Shown one piece after another: positions 51,576-63,229 of a stretch of DNA of 64,000 bases; position 1 is the stretch's first letter; each line of letters starts with the position of its first letter. This stretch comes from Geosiphon pyriformis uo1 (lineage: Eukaryota > Fungi > Glomeromycota). The notes beneath the pieces are model-generated. The model saw nothing but the letters and a program-made list of their open reading frames with translations, was not told the origin of the DNA and ran no database searches. The DNA lies in assembly GCA_016748015.1 (NCBI GenBank), contig JAAOMT010000570.1:376043-440042 (forward strand). The letters are read 5' to 3'. Both the position numbers and the translations under genes were made by a program.

Positions 51576-54500
51576 GTGCACCTCCAAAGAGTAAGAGTGC
51601 AAGCCAACCAAAAGAAAACCTCTTTTATGCTTTTAATCTAACTGATAATAACCATGACATGGATGAACTAGCAATCAACACTTCTGAACCAACAAGAAAA
51701 AAGAAAAAAGCCAAGGTTGATTTCGTTATAGATCCAAAGAAAGCATCTACATTAACTGCTAATAACAATAAGCTACTAAAAGCTAAAGTTTTTAAAAATC
51801 CTCCAAAGTTGAAACCTCCAGAAATTGTACAAAAATCTGGACCATATTCTGTTGTCAAAGATCTTATAGAAACTCCTGCTCACATTACCTTTGGCCAGTT
51901 AATAACCCATCTCCAATTCAAAAAAGATCTTCACAAATCATTAATACCAAAGAAAAAGACACCAAAAACCAATAAACACTCTTGTCAAGCTGAACTTGCT
52001 AACAACAGCAATATCACTCCTCTGATTTGCAAAGCCCAAGTGGTTGGCTACTTTATTGATTTGATCCTGAACAGTGGATTATCTGTTAGTGTTATTGCCA
52101 AACACTTTTTAAAAGCAATTGGCAGAAAAATTGATGAACTGTTCACAAGACTAATGACCAATATATATGGTGACAAAAAGAAAAGTCTGGACATAGCCAA
52201 AGCTGTTTCTGTTCAAATTAATGGCATCAGCATTGAAACTAACATGAAAGTATCTGAAGCAAAAGAATACACCATAATAGTTGGCAATAAATGGTTAAGA
52301 AAGCAAAAGTTTTGCTTGATTATGAACTTTGTGAACTAATCATCAGATGTGGTGAGAAACCCATTGTGGTTAAGTGCTGTCATTGGACAACTCCTCTAGT
52401 AACCTGACAGAACCAAGAAGAAGAACAATCAGATGAATCAGATGATGATAAGAGTGATGATAATGAAGATTAAGAAGAACAAAAAAAACTGCTGAACTCA
52501 CCTATACCATCTTTACCAGCAATGGCAAGCCTCTGGACAATGTTAAAGCTGACAAAGAAGAAATCATGGTGAATGACATGCTGATCTGCTGGCCCTACTA
52601 TAATATCCTCAGAAAAACCTTTGACAGAAAACCTGGCAAAAAAGCCAAATACAGTTATTGGTGGCATGACCCTTATGTACAGTGCTGGTGTAATAAACTT
52701 TTATATTCACCAAGCAATAAATGCAAATCCTGCCTGATCTATTACAAAGATTGGAAACCAATTAGCTTGATATCTCAAAAAGAACTTAAAGAAGTACAAA
52801 AGTCCTTTGAGAATGAACCACCTAAAATCCAATCATTAGTTGTAGAACAAAGAGAACCTTTTCCTGAAGAAAAAAAAGTGGACATTGAAAATCTGTTAGC
52901 TAAAAATAACCCAGTTATCTCAAAAGAAGGTAATATCTTTGGATGAATCCATGTAATACAACACATTATCACCACAAAAGAAACTTACCTCATCTATTTG
53001 AAGCCTTATTAATCTAATCAACACAATGATGAGTTTATCAAGAAAGAGATAAACCAGATAAAAAATTTTGGATTTATACAAGAAACCAAGAGTAAATGGG
53101 CTTTTCCAGTTGTAGTAGTATCCAAAAAAGGTGGAACTCTATGCTTTTGTGTTAACTACTGTCAACTAAATACCATTACTATAAGAGACATGTACTCACT
53201 TCCCAAAATTAATGCAATGCTAGATAAATTCAATGGTGCTGCTTTCTTCTCAACCATTGACTTAACTGCTGGATTCTGGCAAGTAGAAATGGATCCAGAA
53301 AGCAGAAAAAAAACTGCTTTCATCACCAAATATGGCACCTATGAATTTACAATCATGTCTTTTGGTTTTACCAATGTTCTTCCTACCTTTTAATGCCTAA
53401 TGAATAAAGTGTTTAAATCAGTAAAAGAAAACTTTGTTCTGGTTTACTTAAACAACATAATGGTATATTCAAAAACCTGAGATGAACACCTTGAATATTT
53501 ACAGAAGGTTTTTGACCTGCTTAAAAATGCTGGCATTAAGATCAATCCAATTAAATCTTTTTTTGGATGCCAATCCACTCAGTTCCTTGGTCATCTTATT
53601 ACAAAAAATAGAATTTTCTCTGACCCAGCTAAAGTTAAAAAAGTTTAAAACATTAGACAATCAATGAATGTTCTTAAACTATGCTCTTTTTTTGGTTTGG
53701 TTTTTTACTATCGTAAATTTATCAAGGATTTCTCCAAAATTGCCTTTCCTCTCAATCAGCTACTCAAGAAAAATGTCAATTATCATTGGGGCACTCATCA
53801 ACAAAAAGCTTTTGAAATTCTGAAGGAAAAACTTGTTACTGAACCAATTTTCAAGCAACCAGATCTGGATCAACTTTTCATTTTCTACACTGATACATCT
53901 GACTATGGACTTGGTACTGTTCTTTCACAGAAAGATGAAAATGACAGAGAACATGTTATAGCATATGTTAGTAAATCTCTCATATCAGCAGAAAAGAACT
54001 ATTCAGTTACTGAACAAGAATGTCTAGCAGTAGTTTGGGTTACTAGCTACTGGGATTAATATTTTTTTGGTGCAAAATTCTTAATGGTGTTATGGTTGAA
54101 ACACATAGTTTTTATTAATTATTACATGTATTAGCCAATGATGTCATATAATTAGCCACCCTATTTTTAGATAGTGATCGTTAACCTGATCAATGACCTG
54201 ACCATTGACCTGATCAATGACCTGATCATTGACCTGATCATTGACCTGATCATTGACCTGATCATTGACCTGGTCATTGACCACTTTAGACAGCTATATA
54301 AGCAATGATTCCTTCAGCTGTAGAAAGACATGATCAAAGTAATGAAATAAACAATATCAATTACTTCCTCTCATAATCGCTTATTTCCCTTTCCTTACCT
54401 TCAAGTATCTACTTGTTGGCATTCACATACCTTATCTTTTTCCCTTCTTGATTTGTATTTGTTAGAATTAGCCTGAGAAGCAATTGGTTTGCTCTTGTAA

Positions 54501-54972
54501 TTCATTGAATAAAGAAACGATTGAAAAGCACAATAATACCTGTTATTGATTCTAAGAATTGCCGAGTTGAGGCATAGAATAATAGCAGCGGTGTTATCTT
54601 GTTGACAATCACGGACTATTCCTCTACCTTCAGATTTAAAAAAAGATTAGCGACTGTGATTTTTATGAGACTGATCACGCACATTGAATTCCTACTTATT
54701 CAATTCACTCCCTTATTGTAATTCCCTCTTTGTTTATTTCCATCACTATACAATACTGTTCTCCCTTGCTATCCATTAGCTTGTTACTCCAACCTGTAAC
54801 AATGGTAACAGATTATTAAGTCTTGGTTTGGCTGTGCAATAAAAAAAAGCTAGAACACAAACAAATAACTTGTTGAATACTTTACTTGGATGAATTTGAC
54901 TATAATATTCAACACCACAAAAGAGCAAATCATCAAAATGCTGATGCTCTCTCTAGACTTATTATTCAGTAA
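51563..54972 (+). pseudogene. A3 pol, interrupted by solo LTR
   Basis: PR, RT and RNase H motifs; ends DALSRLIIQ*. Confidence 0.88.
54088..54801 (+). mobile_element. Solo LTR, family A (beta subtype), in A3 RNase H
   Basis: TSD ATGG at 54084-54087 and 54802-54805. Confidence 0.93.
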
Positions 54973-55036
54973 TAGTACAATCTCTTAAACCAAACCAACT
55001 TAATTATTAGTAACTTTTTTACAAACAAACACGATA

Positions 55037-56342
55037 ATGAACTTAGACAACTACTCTGCTTTAATAGAATTTTTGGGTAAAAAACAATACCCATTAGAAT
55101 ACACTCAACAGCAAAGAGAACATTTGCGAAAACAATCAAATTTCTATTTGATCTGCCAAAACCAATTATACAAAAGAAACAGAAAAATCCTAACTGCCTC
55201 CAGAGAGTCATTAGATTTGAAAAAAAAGAAATTGTAATATACAACATGCACTCTGACTCATTAGCTAGACACTTTAAAAAAACAAAGACAATTCAGAAAA
55301 CTTTAGCTTGCTATTATTGGCCTACCTTGGGAAAAGACATTGCTGAATACATCAAAACCTGTAATACCTGCCAAAGAAGAGGAAAACCCAATCGCAAGGA
55401 AGATATCCATCCAATTTCTGTTGGTCAACTATTTGATAGAATTGGTATAGATGTTGTTGGACCTTTAACAGTAACTCCTGATGACAACAGATACATTATC
55501 ACAGCTACCAACTATCTTACAAAGTGGGTAGAAGCAAGAGCCACCCCAGATCAAACAGCAGTCTCAATTGCCAATTTCATTTATAAAGATATTATCTGTC
55601 GCCATGGCTGCCCCAAAGAACTTTTATCTGATAGAGGAAGAGCTTTTCTCAGTACACTGGTTGAAGAACTTTGCAGAAAAATGGGAATATGTCATAAACT
55701 CTCTTCCCCTTATCACCCCCAAACAAATGGCCTAGTAGAACGTTTCAATAGAACACTATGTGAAACCCTAGCCAAAACCAGTGAAGAAACCAACCTATGG
55801 ACAAAGTATTGCCTTCAGCCTTGTTTGCTTACAGAACTGTGAATCATGACATAACAAGTTATGAACCTTTTTATTTGCTCTATGGACAAATGGCAACTCT
55901 ACCAATAGAAATGGATATAGAAACAATACTTTTTGAAGAAATAACAATAGGAGATTACAAGGACATTTTGCAAAGAAGACTTGGTACCATTCTTGACTTA
56001 TTAGTAGAAGCACAGATAATTGCCTTTGAAAAGATAAAACAGGTCCAAGAGAAGCTCAAAAAGAAAAAGACCTATAAAACACTTTCCTTAAGTGTTGGTG
56101 ACTTAGTTTTGGAATACCATTCAGACAGAGACAATGTCTATGGTGATAAATTCTCTAGCCAGTGGAAAGAACCCTTTATAGTCAACAAAGTTTTGAACAA
56201 TGGTTCTTATATCTTACAAGATCAATATGGAACAATATTCAGTGATCACCCTGTTCATGGCACGTGACTCAAGAAATATCACAAACGACCTGATTGGTTA
56301 CCTGTTGTGGTAATACCAACCCAAATAATCAGCAAAAATTAG
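55037..56342 (+). pseudogene. A3 integrase (separate ORF)
   Basis: CNTCQ, IGIDVVGPL, SDRG, YHPQTNGLVERFN; ends DWLPVVVIPTQIISKN*. Confidence 0.9.
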
Positions 56343-56441
56343 ATATAAATAAATGCACCATTCCCAAAACAGAGGTATCTTCAATCGACATGAACAATTA
56401 TTTCCTGGATCAAAACATTCAAAATGCTTTCTATATTCTCC

Positions 56442-57047
56442 ATGAGTACTGGAATCAAGAACTATCCAAATGCTACTCTGACTATCGGAAAACAAACCAC
56501 TATAACAGACAACAGTGAAACTCACACTGTTATTAGACCAAAAAAAACAACTACCAGAAGAGAAAGAAATCGTAGCAAAATGGATAAATACCTGCTGGAA
56601 AGCATAACAGCAGCAATACTTTCACCTTCCAGCACAATTGGAAAAACAATACAAGAAATCTTGCCCATAGACAAAAACTTGTCATATGGAAGACAACTAG
56701 AACTCTATGGTCGTCTTGGTGAAATCATAGAAGACATGAAGCTCATGAAGAAAACAACTTCAGAGATACAATTGGAAATTTTGGGCATTATATGATTGGA
56801 TGTCCCAAGAGTTTTGACCATTGCTAGAAGAGCCAGAACTCTAATACAAAGATTTGGTCTCTTGGATACAAAGCTTATTTCGCCTCAAGTACTATATACT
56901 CTATCCACAAAAGACTTCAACAAACTAGTTAGTTTTGAGTTAGACAAAACCCTTCACATAGACTATCTCATAAATAGTTTGATTTCGCCAGAGCTCAATC
57001 TCTTTGGAGAGGATGATGTTATGGTTGAAAAACATAGTTTTTATTAA
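56442..57047 (+). pseudogene. A3 accessory ORF3 (about 201 aa, one CGA>TGA stop)
   Basis: ORFs 56424-56795 and 56796-57047 are contiguous in frame; the A2 copy has CGA at the stop position. Confidence 0.85.
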
Positions 57048-58039
57048 TTATCACATGTATTAGCCACTGATGTCATATAATTAGCCACCCTATTTTTAGA
57101 TAGTGATCGTTGACCTGATCAATGACCTGACTGTTGACCTGATCATTGACCTGATCAATGACCTGATCATTGACCTGATTATTGACCTGGTCATTGACCA
57201 CTTTAGATAGCTATATAAGCGATGATTCCCTTAGCTGTAGAAAGACATGATCAAAGTAACGAAATAAACAATATCAATTACTTCCTCTCATAATCGCTTA
57301 TTCCCCTTTCCTTACCTTCAAGTATCTACTTGTTGGCATTTACATACCTTATCTTTTCCCCTTCTTGATTTGTATTTGTTAGAATTAGCCTGAGAAGCAA
57401 TTGGCTTGCTCTTGTAATTCATTGAATAAAGAAACGATTGAAAAGCACAATAATACCTGTTATTGATTCTAAGAATTGCCGAGTTGAGGCATAGAATAAT
57501 AGCAGCGGTGTTATCTTGTTGACAATCACGGACTATTCCTCTACCTTCAGATTTAAAAAAAGATTAGCGACTGTGATTTTTATGAGACTGATCACGCACA
57601 TTGAATTCCTACTTATTCAATTTGCTCCCTTATTGTAATTCCCTCTTTGTTTATTTCCATCACCATACAGTACTGTTCTCCCTTGCTATCCGTTAGCTTG
57701 TTACTCCAATCCATAACAACAGTATGAACTATCTCTCTACCTTCAGATTCCCCAGTTACCTTTGAAAAGAATAGTGACTGAGATATTTTATGAGACTGAT
57801 CTCGCACATTGAATCCATACTCATTCAATTCACTCTTTAAAGTTGAATTCCCCTTTGATTATTTTCATCACCCTACAATCCTGTTCTTTCTTGCTATCTG
57901 TTAGCTTGTTACTCCAATCCATAACAGTATAACCAGAACTCTATGGAGTATTATACTATTATATAAAGTAATCTTACTACAAAAAACATCAACCAGTATC
58001 CTATTACATTATGTGAACCTATTACCTAACTAAATTTTG

Positions 58040-58224
58040 AACATACCAACATTATTACTTCTACTCTTCACTATCTCATAAATGTTGGGTGTACTTAATA
58101 GGCCTCTCTTAAATTTGGTATCAATACCCACTGACTTTTTCCACTCAGTTTGTAATTTGCAATGTTCTCTCCACAATCTATTCCTTGCTTGAGTTACAGC
58201 CCATTTACAGACCTTAATTAATAT
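58040..58224 (-). mobile_element. Second LINE ORF2 C-terminal remnant
   Basis: ILIKVCKWAVTQARNRLWREHCKLQTEWKKSVGIDTKFKR resembles the W..(R/H)C....EW...GI tail of fungal non-LTR ORF2. Confidence 0.5.
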
Positions 58225-58919
58225 TGTTATGGTTGAAACCCATAATTTTTATTAGTTATTACATGTATTAGCCACTAATGTTATATAATTAGCCACTCTA
58301 TTTTTAGATAGTAATCATTGACCTAGTCATTGACTTGGTCATTGACCACTTTCATTAGCTATATAAGCAATGAGTTTCTTAGCAATAGAAAATCATCTCT
58401 CAGACAAAAATCAAATAAATAAAAATAACAACTTTCATCTCAATCACTCTCTTATTGCTAATTTCCCTTTCTCTACCTTCAAGTATCCAAACATCTTAGG
58501 ATAAAAGATTACTTGTTGGCCTTTTCCTGATGTATATAATTGTAGCATTTGAAGATTATTTAAATAAATGTGACTGAAAAGCACAAGTTGATATCTGATA
58601 TTGAATTCTAAGAGTGCTGACGTGAGGCATAGAATTATACCAGTGGTGATCAATTGTTGACAGTACAGACTATCCCTCTACCTTCAGATTTCCCAGTTAT
58701 CTTTGAAAAGAATAGTAACTGAGATATTTTATGAGACTGATCTTGCATATTGAATCCATACTCATTCAATTCGCTCTTTAAAGTTGAATTCCCCTTTGAT
58801 TATTTCCATCACCCTACAATCCTGTTCTCTCTTGCTATCCATTAGCTTGTTACTCCAACCCGTAACATAAAAGTGGTGCTCCCTGTGAGGTTGTCAAAAT
58901 TCACTTATTCCTTCATTGT

Positions 58920-60476
58920 ATGGGTGATTACTCATATCTGCCACAGCAATCAGAAGAACACTTTGCAGCACACAACAGAAATGACCTAGATTTCATTGAA
59001 CTTAATCCTCTGCCCTCCTGTTTGATCTGCTTTCCCATTGAAGAACAATCTAGCAGACAATTCCAAGACTTTTGGAACTGGTTCCTGAATGAGCATTCAG
59101 CTGAAACCTACACAACTTATACAACTTATTACTTTGATCAAGCTTATTTTGAAGACAACTTTGAAGAAAGAAACAACAGTATCAATCAGCTCTTATATTC
59201 TACAACCTTTGAACAACAGCCCCCTGATTTCGAATATCTAAATCATCAAATCCACATTTGGATTGCTGCCCATCAATCAACAGTAACTCCCCTTGAAACA
59301 GAAGAAGAAAGCTACCAAACAGCACCTATTTTTGATCTCTTCTTAAGTGAATCAGAGCACTCCACACAAACAGTAACTCCTGAACCAATGGCCCAAGATC
59401 CAATGCAAGTAAACATCCTGGCCACCCTCCAAGGCATACAAACTGCTTTGGGACGAAGAAACAACACCCCACTACCCCTATTCAGAGGTAATGCCCAAGA
59501 TCCAATTGAATGGTTGGACGATTTTGAAAGAGCAGCCACTACAAACCAGTATGATAATGAATACAAGTTCCAAATCATTGGTGGCTACCTCCAAGGCTCC
59601 CCTGCTACCTGGTTTTCACAAGAAACCAATGCTGGTGCTCAACAAAGAATTGTTAGATGGACCCCAGCAAATATTGGAGAAAACAATACCTCTTTCACTA
59701 TCCAGTTTGAAAACAAATTCAGAACCCCCATCTTAATATCCAAATGGCATATGGAATTAGAAAGAAGAACCCAAGGTCCTGGTGAAATTGTGACCAAATA
59801 TGCCAAAGCAATCAGAAAACTCATCAAGTGTGTAGACTCTGGTAGAAACTGGACTGAAGAGCAAAAGATCCACTCCTTCACAAAAAGATTGAGAACTGAC
59901 TTATCTTATGCTCTTTGGCCTCTCTTGGCTCTGAAAAACAACCTTACAATGAATATGGCTATTGAACTCACCCAAAGAATTGAAGATAACCAAAGGATGC
60001 ATCTGGGATCCACACTTCCAGTTTTTGCTTCTGCTCCTGTCATGGCTCCTGCTCCTCAAGTGGCTGCTACTTCTTTTGCTGCCCAAACCCAAGACCCAAA
60101 TGAACAATTGATAGATAGACTCACAGCTAATCTTGCCTGGTTATTAGAACTGTTGGCACAAGCAGTCAGAGATAATCAGCAACCACCAAGATCTAAATAT
60201 AAACCTTGTTTTAACCAGCCCCAGCAACCTCCCTATCAAAGACAGCAAAATCGTGGCCCACCTGTGTGCTATTGTTGTGGATTAACTGGACATTATTCAA
60301 GAGATTGTAACAATCCTCCACTGCCTCCTCCAGCTCCCAGAAACAATGACAACCAAAACAACAGACTCAACAACAACAACAATGTCCCCAATCAAAGACC
60401 CAATCATGCCAACATCAATTTCTTTGGAGAGAATCCCCTAGTTGAAGCCACTGTTTATCAGCCTTTAAACTGGTAG
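58920..60476 (+). CDS. A4 Gag (intact 518-aa ORF): N-terminal extension, capsid, CCHC nucleocapsid
   Basis: FRGNAQDPIEWLDDFE capsid motif, QGPGE..YAK major-homology-like region, CYCCGLTGHYSRDC knuckle. Confidence 0.9.
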   Translation: MGDYSYLPQQSEEHFAAHNRNDLDFIELNPLPSCLICFPIEEQSSRQFQDFWNWFLNEHSAETYTTYTTYYFDQAYFEDNFEERNNSINQLLYSTTFEQQPPDFEYLNHQIHIWIAAHQSTVTPLETEEESYQTAPIFDLFLSESEHSTQTVTPEPMAQDPMQVNILATLQGIQTALGRRNNTPLPLFRGNAQDPIEWLDDFERAATTNQYDNEYKFQIIGGYLQGSPATWFSQETNAGAQQRIVRWTPANIGENNTSFTIQFENKFRTPILISKWHMELERRTQGPGEIVTKYAKAIRKLIKCVDSGRNWTEEQKIHSFTKRLRTDLSYALWPLLALKNNLTMNMAIELTQRIEDNQRMHLGSTLPVFASAPVMAPAPQVAATSFAAQTQDPNEQLIDRLTANLAWLLELLAQAVRDNQQPPRSKYKPCFNQPQQPPYQRQQNRGPPVCYCCGLTGHYSRDCNNPPLPPPAPRNNDNQNNRLNNNNNVPNQRPNHANINFFGENPLVEATVYQPLNW

Positions 60477-60512
60477 GCACACCTCCAAAGGGTGAGAGTG
60501 CAAGCCAACCAG
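60464..60512 (+). other. Putative -1 ribosomal frameshift site (U UUA AAC plus stem-loop)
   Basis: In-frame heptamer just before the gag stop; the -1 frame is open into protease; present in all four A copies. Confidence 0.8.
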
Positions 60513-63163
60513 AAGAAAACTCTTTTTACGCTTTTAACTTAACTGATGATGACCATGACCATGACATGGATGAACTAGCAATCAACACCTTAGAACCAAC
60601 CAGAAAGAAGAAGAAAGCCAAGGTTGATTTCGTTCTAGACCCCAACAAAGCCTCAACTTCTGCCGCTGATAACAATGAGCCACCAAAGGCTAAAGTTTTT
60701 AAGAATCCTCCAAAGTTGGAACCCCCAGAAATTGTACAAAAATCTGGACCCTATTCCATTGTCAAAGATCTCATGGAAACCCCAGCACATATTACCTTTG
60801 GCCAGCTGATGACTCATCCACAGTTCAGAAAGGATCTTCACAAATCCTTGATTCCAAAGAAGAAGACACCAAAAACCCACAAGCACCCTCACCAAGTTGG
60901 ACTTGCTGACAACAGCAATGTCACCCCTCTGATTTGTAAAGCCCAAGTGGCTGGATACTTCATTGACTTAATTATGGACAGTGGATCATCTGTTAGTGTT
61001 ATTGCCAAACACTTCTTGGAAGCAATTGGTAGAAAGATTGATGAACCTTCCACTAGACCAATGACCAATGTACATGGTGACAAAAAGAAAGGACTGGGTA
61101 TTGCCAAAGCTGTTCCTGTTCGTATCAATGGAATCAGCATTGAAACTGACATGGAAGTTTCTAAAGCCAAGGAATACACTATCATTGTTGGCAATGAATG
61201 GCTCAAGAAAGCAAAAGCTTTGCTTGATTATGAACTTTGTGAATTAACCATCAGATGTGGTGAAAAACCCATTGTGGTTAAGTGTCACTATTGGACAACT
61301 CCCCCAGTACCCAAACAAAACCAAGAAGAAGAACAATCAGATGAATCAGATGATGAAGAGAGCAATAAAGAAGAAGAATAAGAAAAGCAAGAAGAAACTG
61401 CTGAACTCGTCTATACCACCTTCACCAGCAATGGCAAACCACTGGACAATATTAAAGCAGACAAAGAAGGAATCATTGTAAATGGCAAGCTGATCTGCTG
61501 GCCTTATTATGATATTCTTAGAAGAATCTTTGAAAGAAAACCTGGCAAGAAAGCCAAATACAGTTTTTGGTGGCATGGTCCTTGTGTCTGGTGTTGGTGC
61601 AACAAACCCTTGTATTCTCCAAGTGATGAATGCAAATCATGCCTGATCTATTACAGAGATTGGGAACCAATCAGTTTGATACCCAGAGAAGAATTGAAAG
61701 AAGTACAGAAGTCCTTTGAGAATAAACCACCTGAGATCCAATCACTGGCTGTAGAACAAAAAGAACTCTCCCCAGAAGAAAGAAAAATAGACATTGAAAA
61801 TTTGCTGGCTAGAAATAGCCCAGTTATTTCCAAAGAAGGTGATACCCCTGGACGTACCCATGTGATACAACACACCATCACCACCAGAGAAATTTGATCT
61901 ATCCATTTGAAGCCTTATCAATCCAATCAGCACAATGATGAGTTTATTAAGAAAAAGATAAACCGGATGAAAGAACTTGGATTCATACAAGAAACCAAGA
62001 GTGAATGGGCTTTTTCAGTTGTAGTGGTATCCAAGAAAGATGGAACACTACACTTCTGTGTCAACTACTGCCAATTAAATGCCATCACTGAAAGAGACAT
62101 GTACCCATTTCCCAAGATTGATGCAATGTTAGACCAATTCAAAGATGCTGCTTTCTTCTCAACCATTGACTTAACTGCTGAATTCTGGCAAGTAGAGATG
62201 GATCCAGAAAGCAGAAAGAAAACTGCCTTCATCACCAAGTATGGCACCTATGAATTCACAGTCATACTTTTTGGTCTCACCAACGCCCCTCCTATCTTTC
62301 AATGCTTAATGGATAAAGTATTTGAATCAGTTAAGGAAAACTTTGTTCTAGTCTATTTGGATGACATAATGGTATACTCAAAAACCTGGGATGAACACCT
62401 GGAACATTTGCAAAAGGTTTTTGACCTCCTCAGAAATGCTGGCCTCAAGATCAACCCAATCAAATCTTTCTTTGGAAGACAATCCACCCAGTTCCTTGGT
62501 CATCTTATCACAAAAGATAGAATCTTTCCTGATCCAGCCAAAGTTGAAAAAGTCCAAAACATCAAACAACCAATGAACATTCATGAACTATGCTCTTTTC
62601 TTGGTTTGGCCTCTTATTATCACAAATTTGTCAAGGATTTCTCCAAAATCGCCTCTCCTCTCAATCAGCTACTCAGGAAAAATGTCAATTACCATTGGGG
62701 AACACATCAACAAAAAGCCTTTGAAACTTTAAAGAAAAAACTGGTTACAGAACCCATCCTCAAGCAACCTAATCTAGATCGACCCTTTATCCTCCACATT
62801 GATGCATCTGGCTTTGGACTTGGTGCTGTTTTCTCCCAGAAAGATGAAAATGGCAAGGAACATGCTATAGTCTATGTCAGTAAAACTCTTTCCCCAGCAG
62901 AACAGAACTATTCAGTTACTGAACAAGAATGCTTAGCAGTAGTATGGTCCACCAGTTACTGGAGTAAGTATCTTCTTGGTGTGAAGCTTTTGGTAGTAAC
63001 AGATCACCAAGCTTTGGTTTGGCTGCACAACAAAAAGAGGCTAAAACACAAATGGATAACTCACTGAATACTCCACTTGGATGAATTCGACTATAATATT
63101 CAACATCACAAAGGAGCTAATCATCAAAATGCTGATGCTCTCTCCAGACTTACCATCCAGTGA
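60464..63163 (+). pseudogene. A4 pol (PR-RT-RNase H)
   Basis: MDSGS, YLDD, EQECLAVVW, DALSRLTIQ*; a few in-frame stops. Confidence 0.92.
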
Positions 63164-63229
63164 CAGAACAACCCTCTTAAACCAAACCAACTTAATTATT
63201 AGTAATTCCTCTTTTTGACAAACATGATA

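Larger units (their letters stand above)
49287..57926 (+). mobile_element. Ty3/Gypsy element A3 (chimeric 3' end)
   Basis: TSD ATAT/GTAT; 5' LTR 49287-50019; PBS 50026-50042; LTR 57017-57718 followed by a partial LTR 57719-57926. Confidence 0.85.

Noticed and set aside
58920-58940. N-myristoylation signal (MG...) on Gag A
   Set aside because: MGDYSY has Asp at position 3 and no Ser/Thr at position 6; poor fit.
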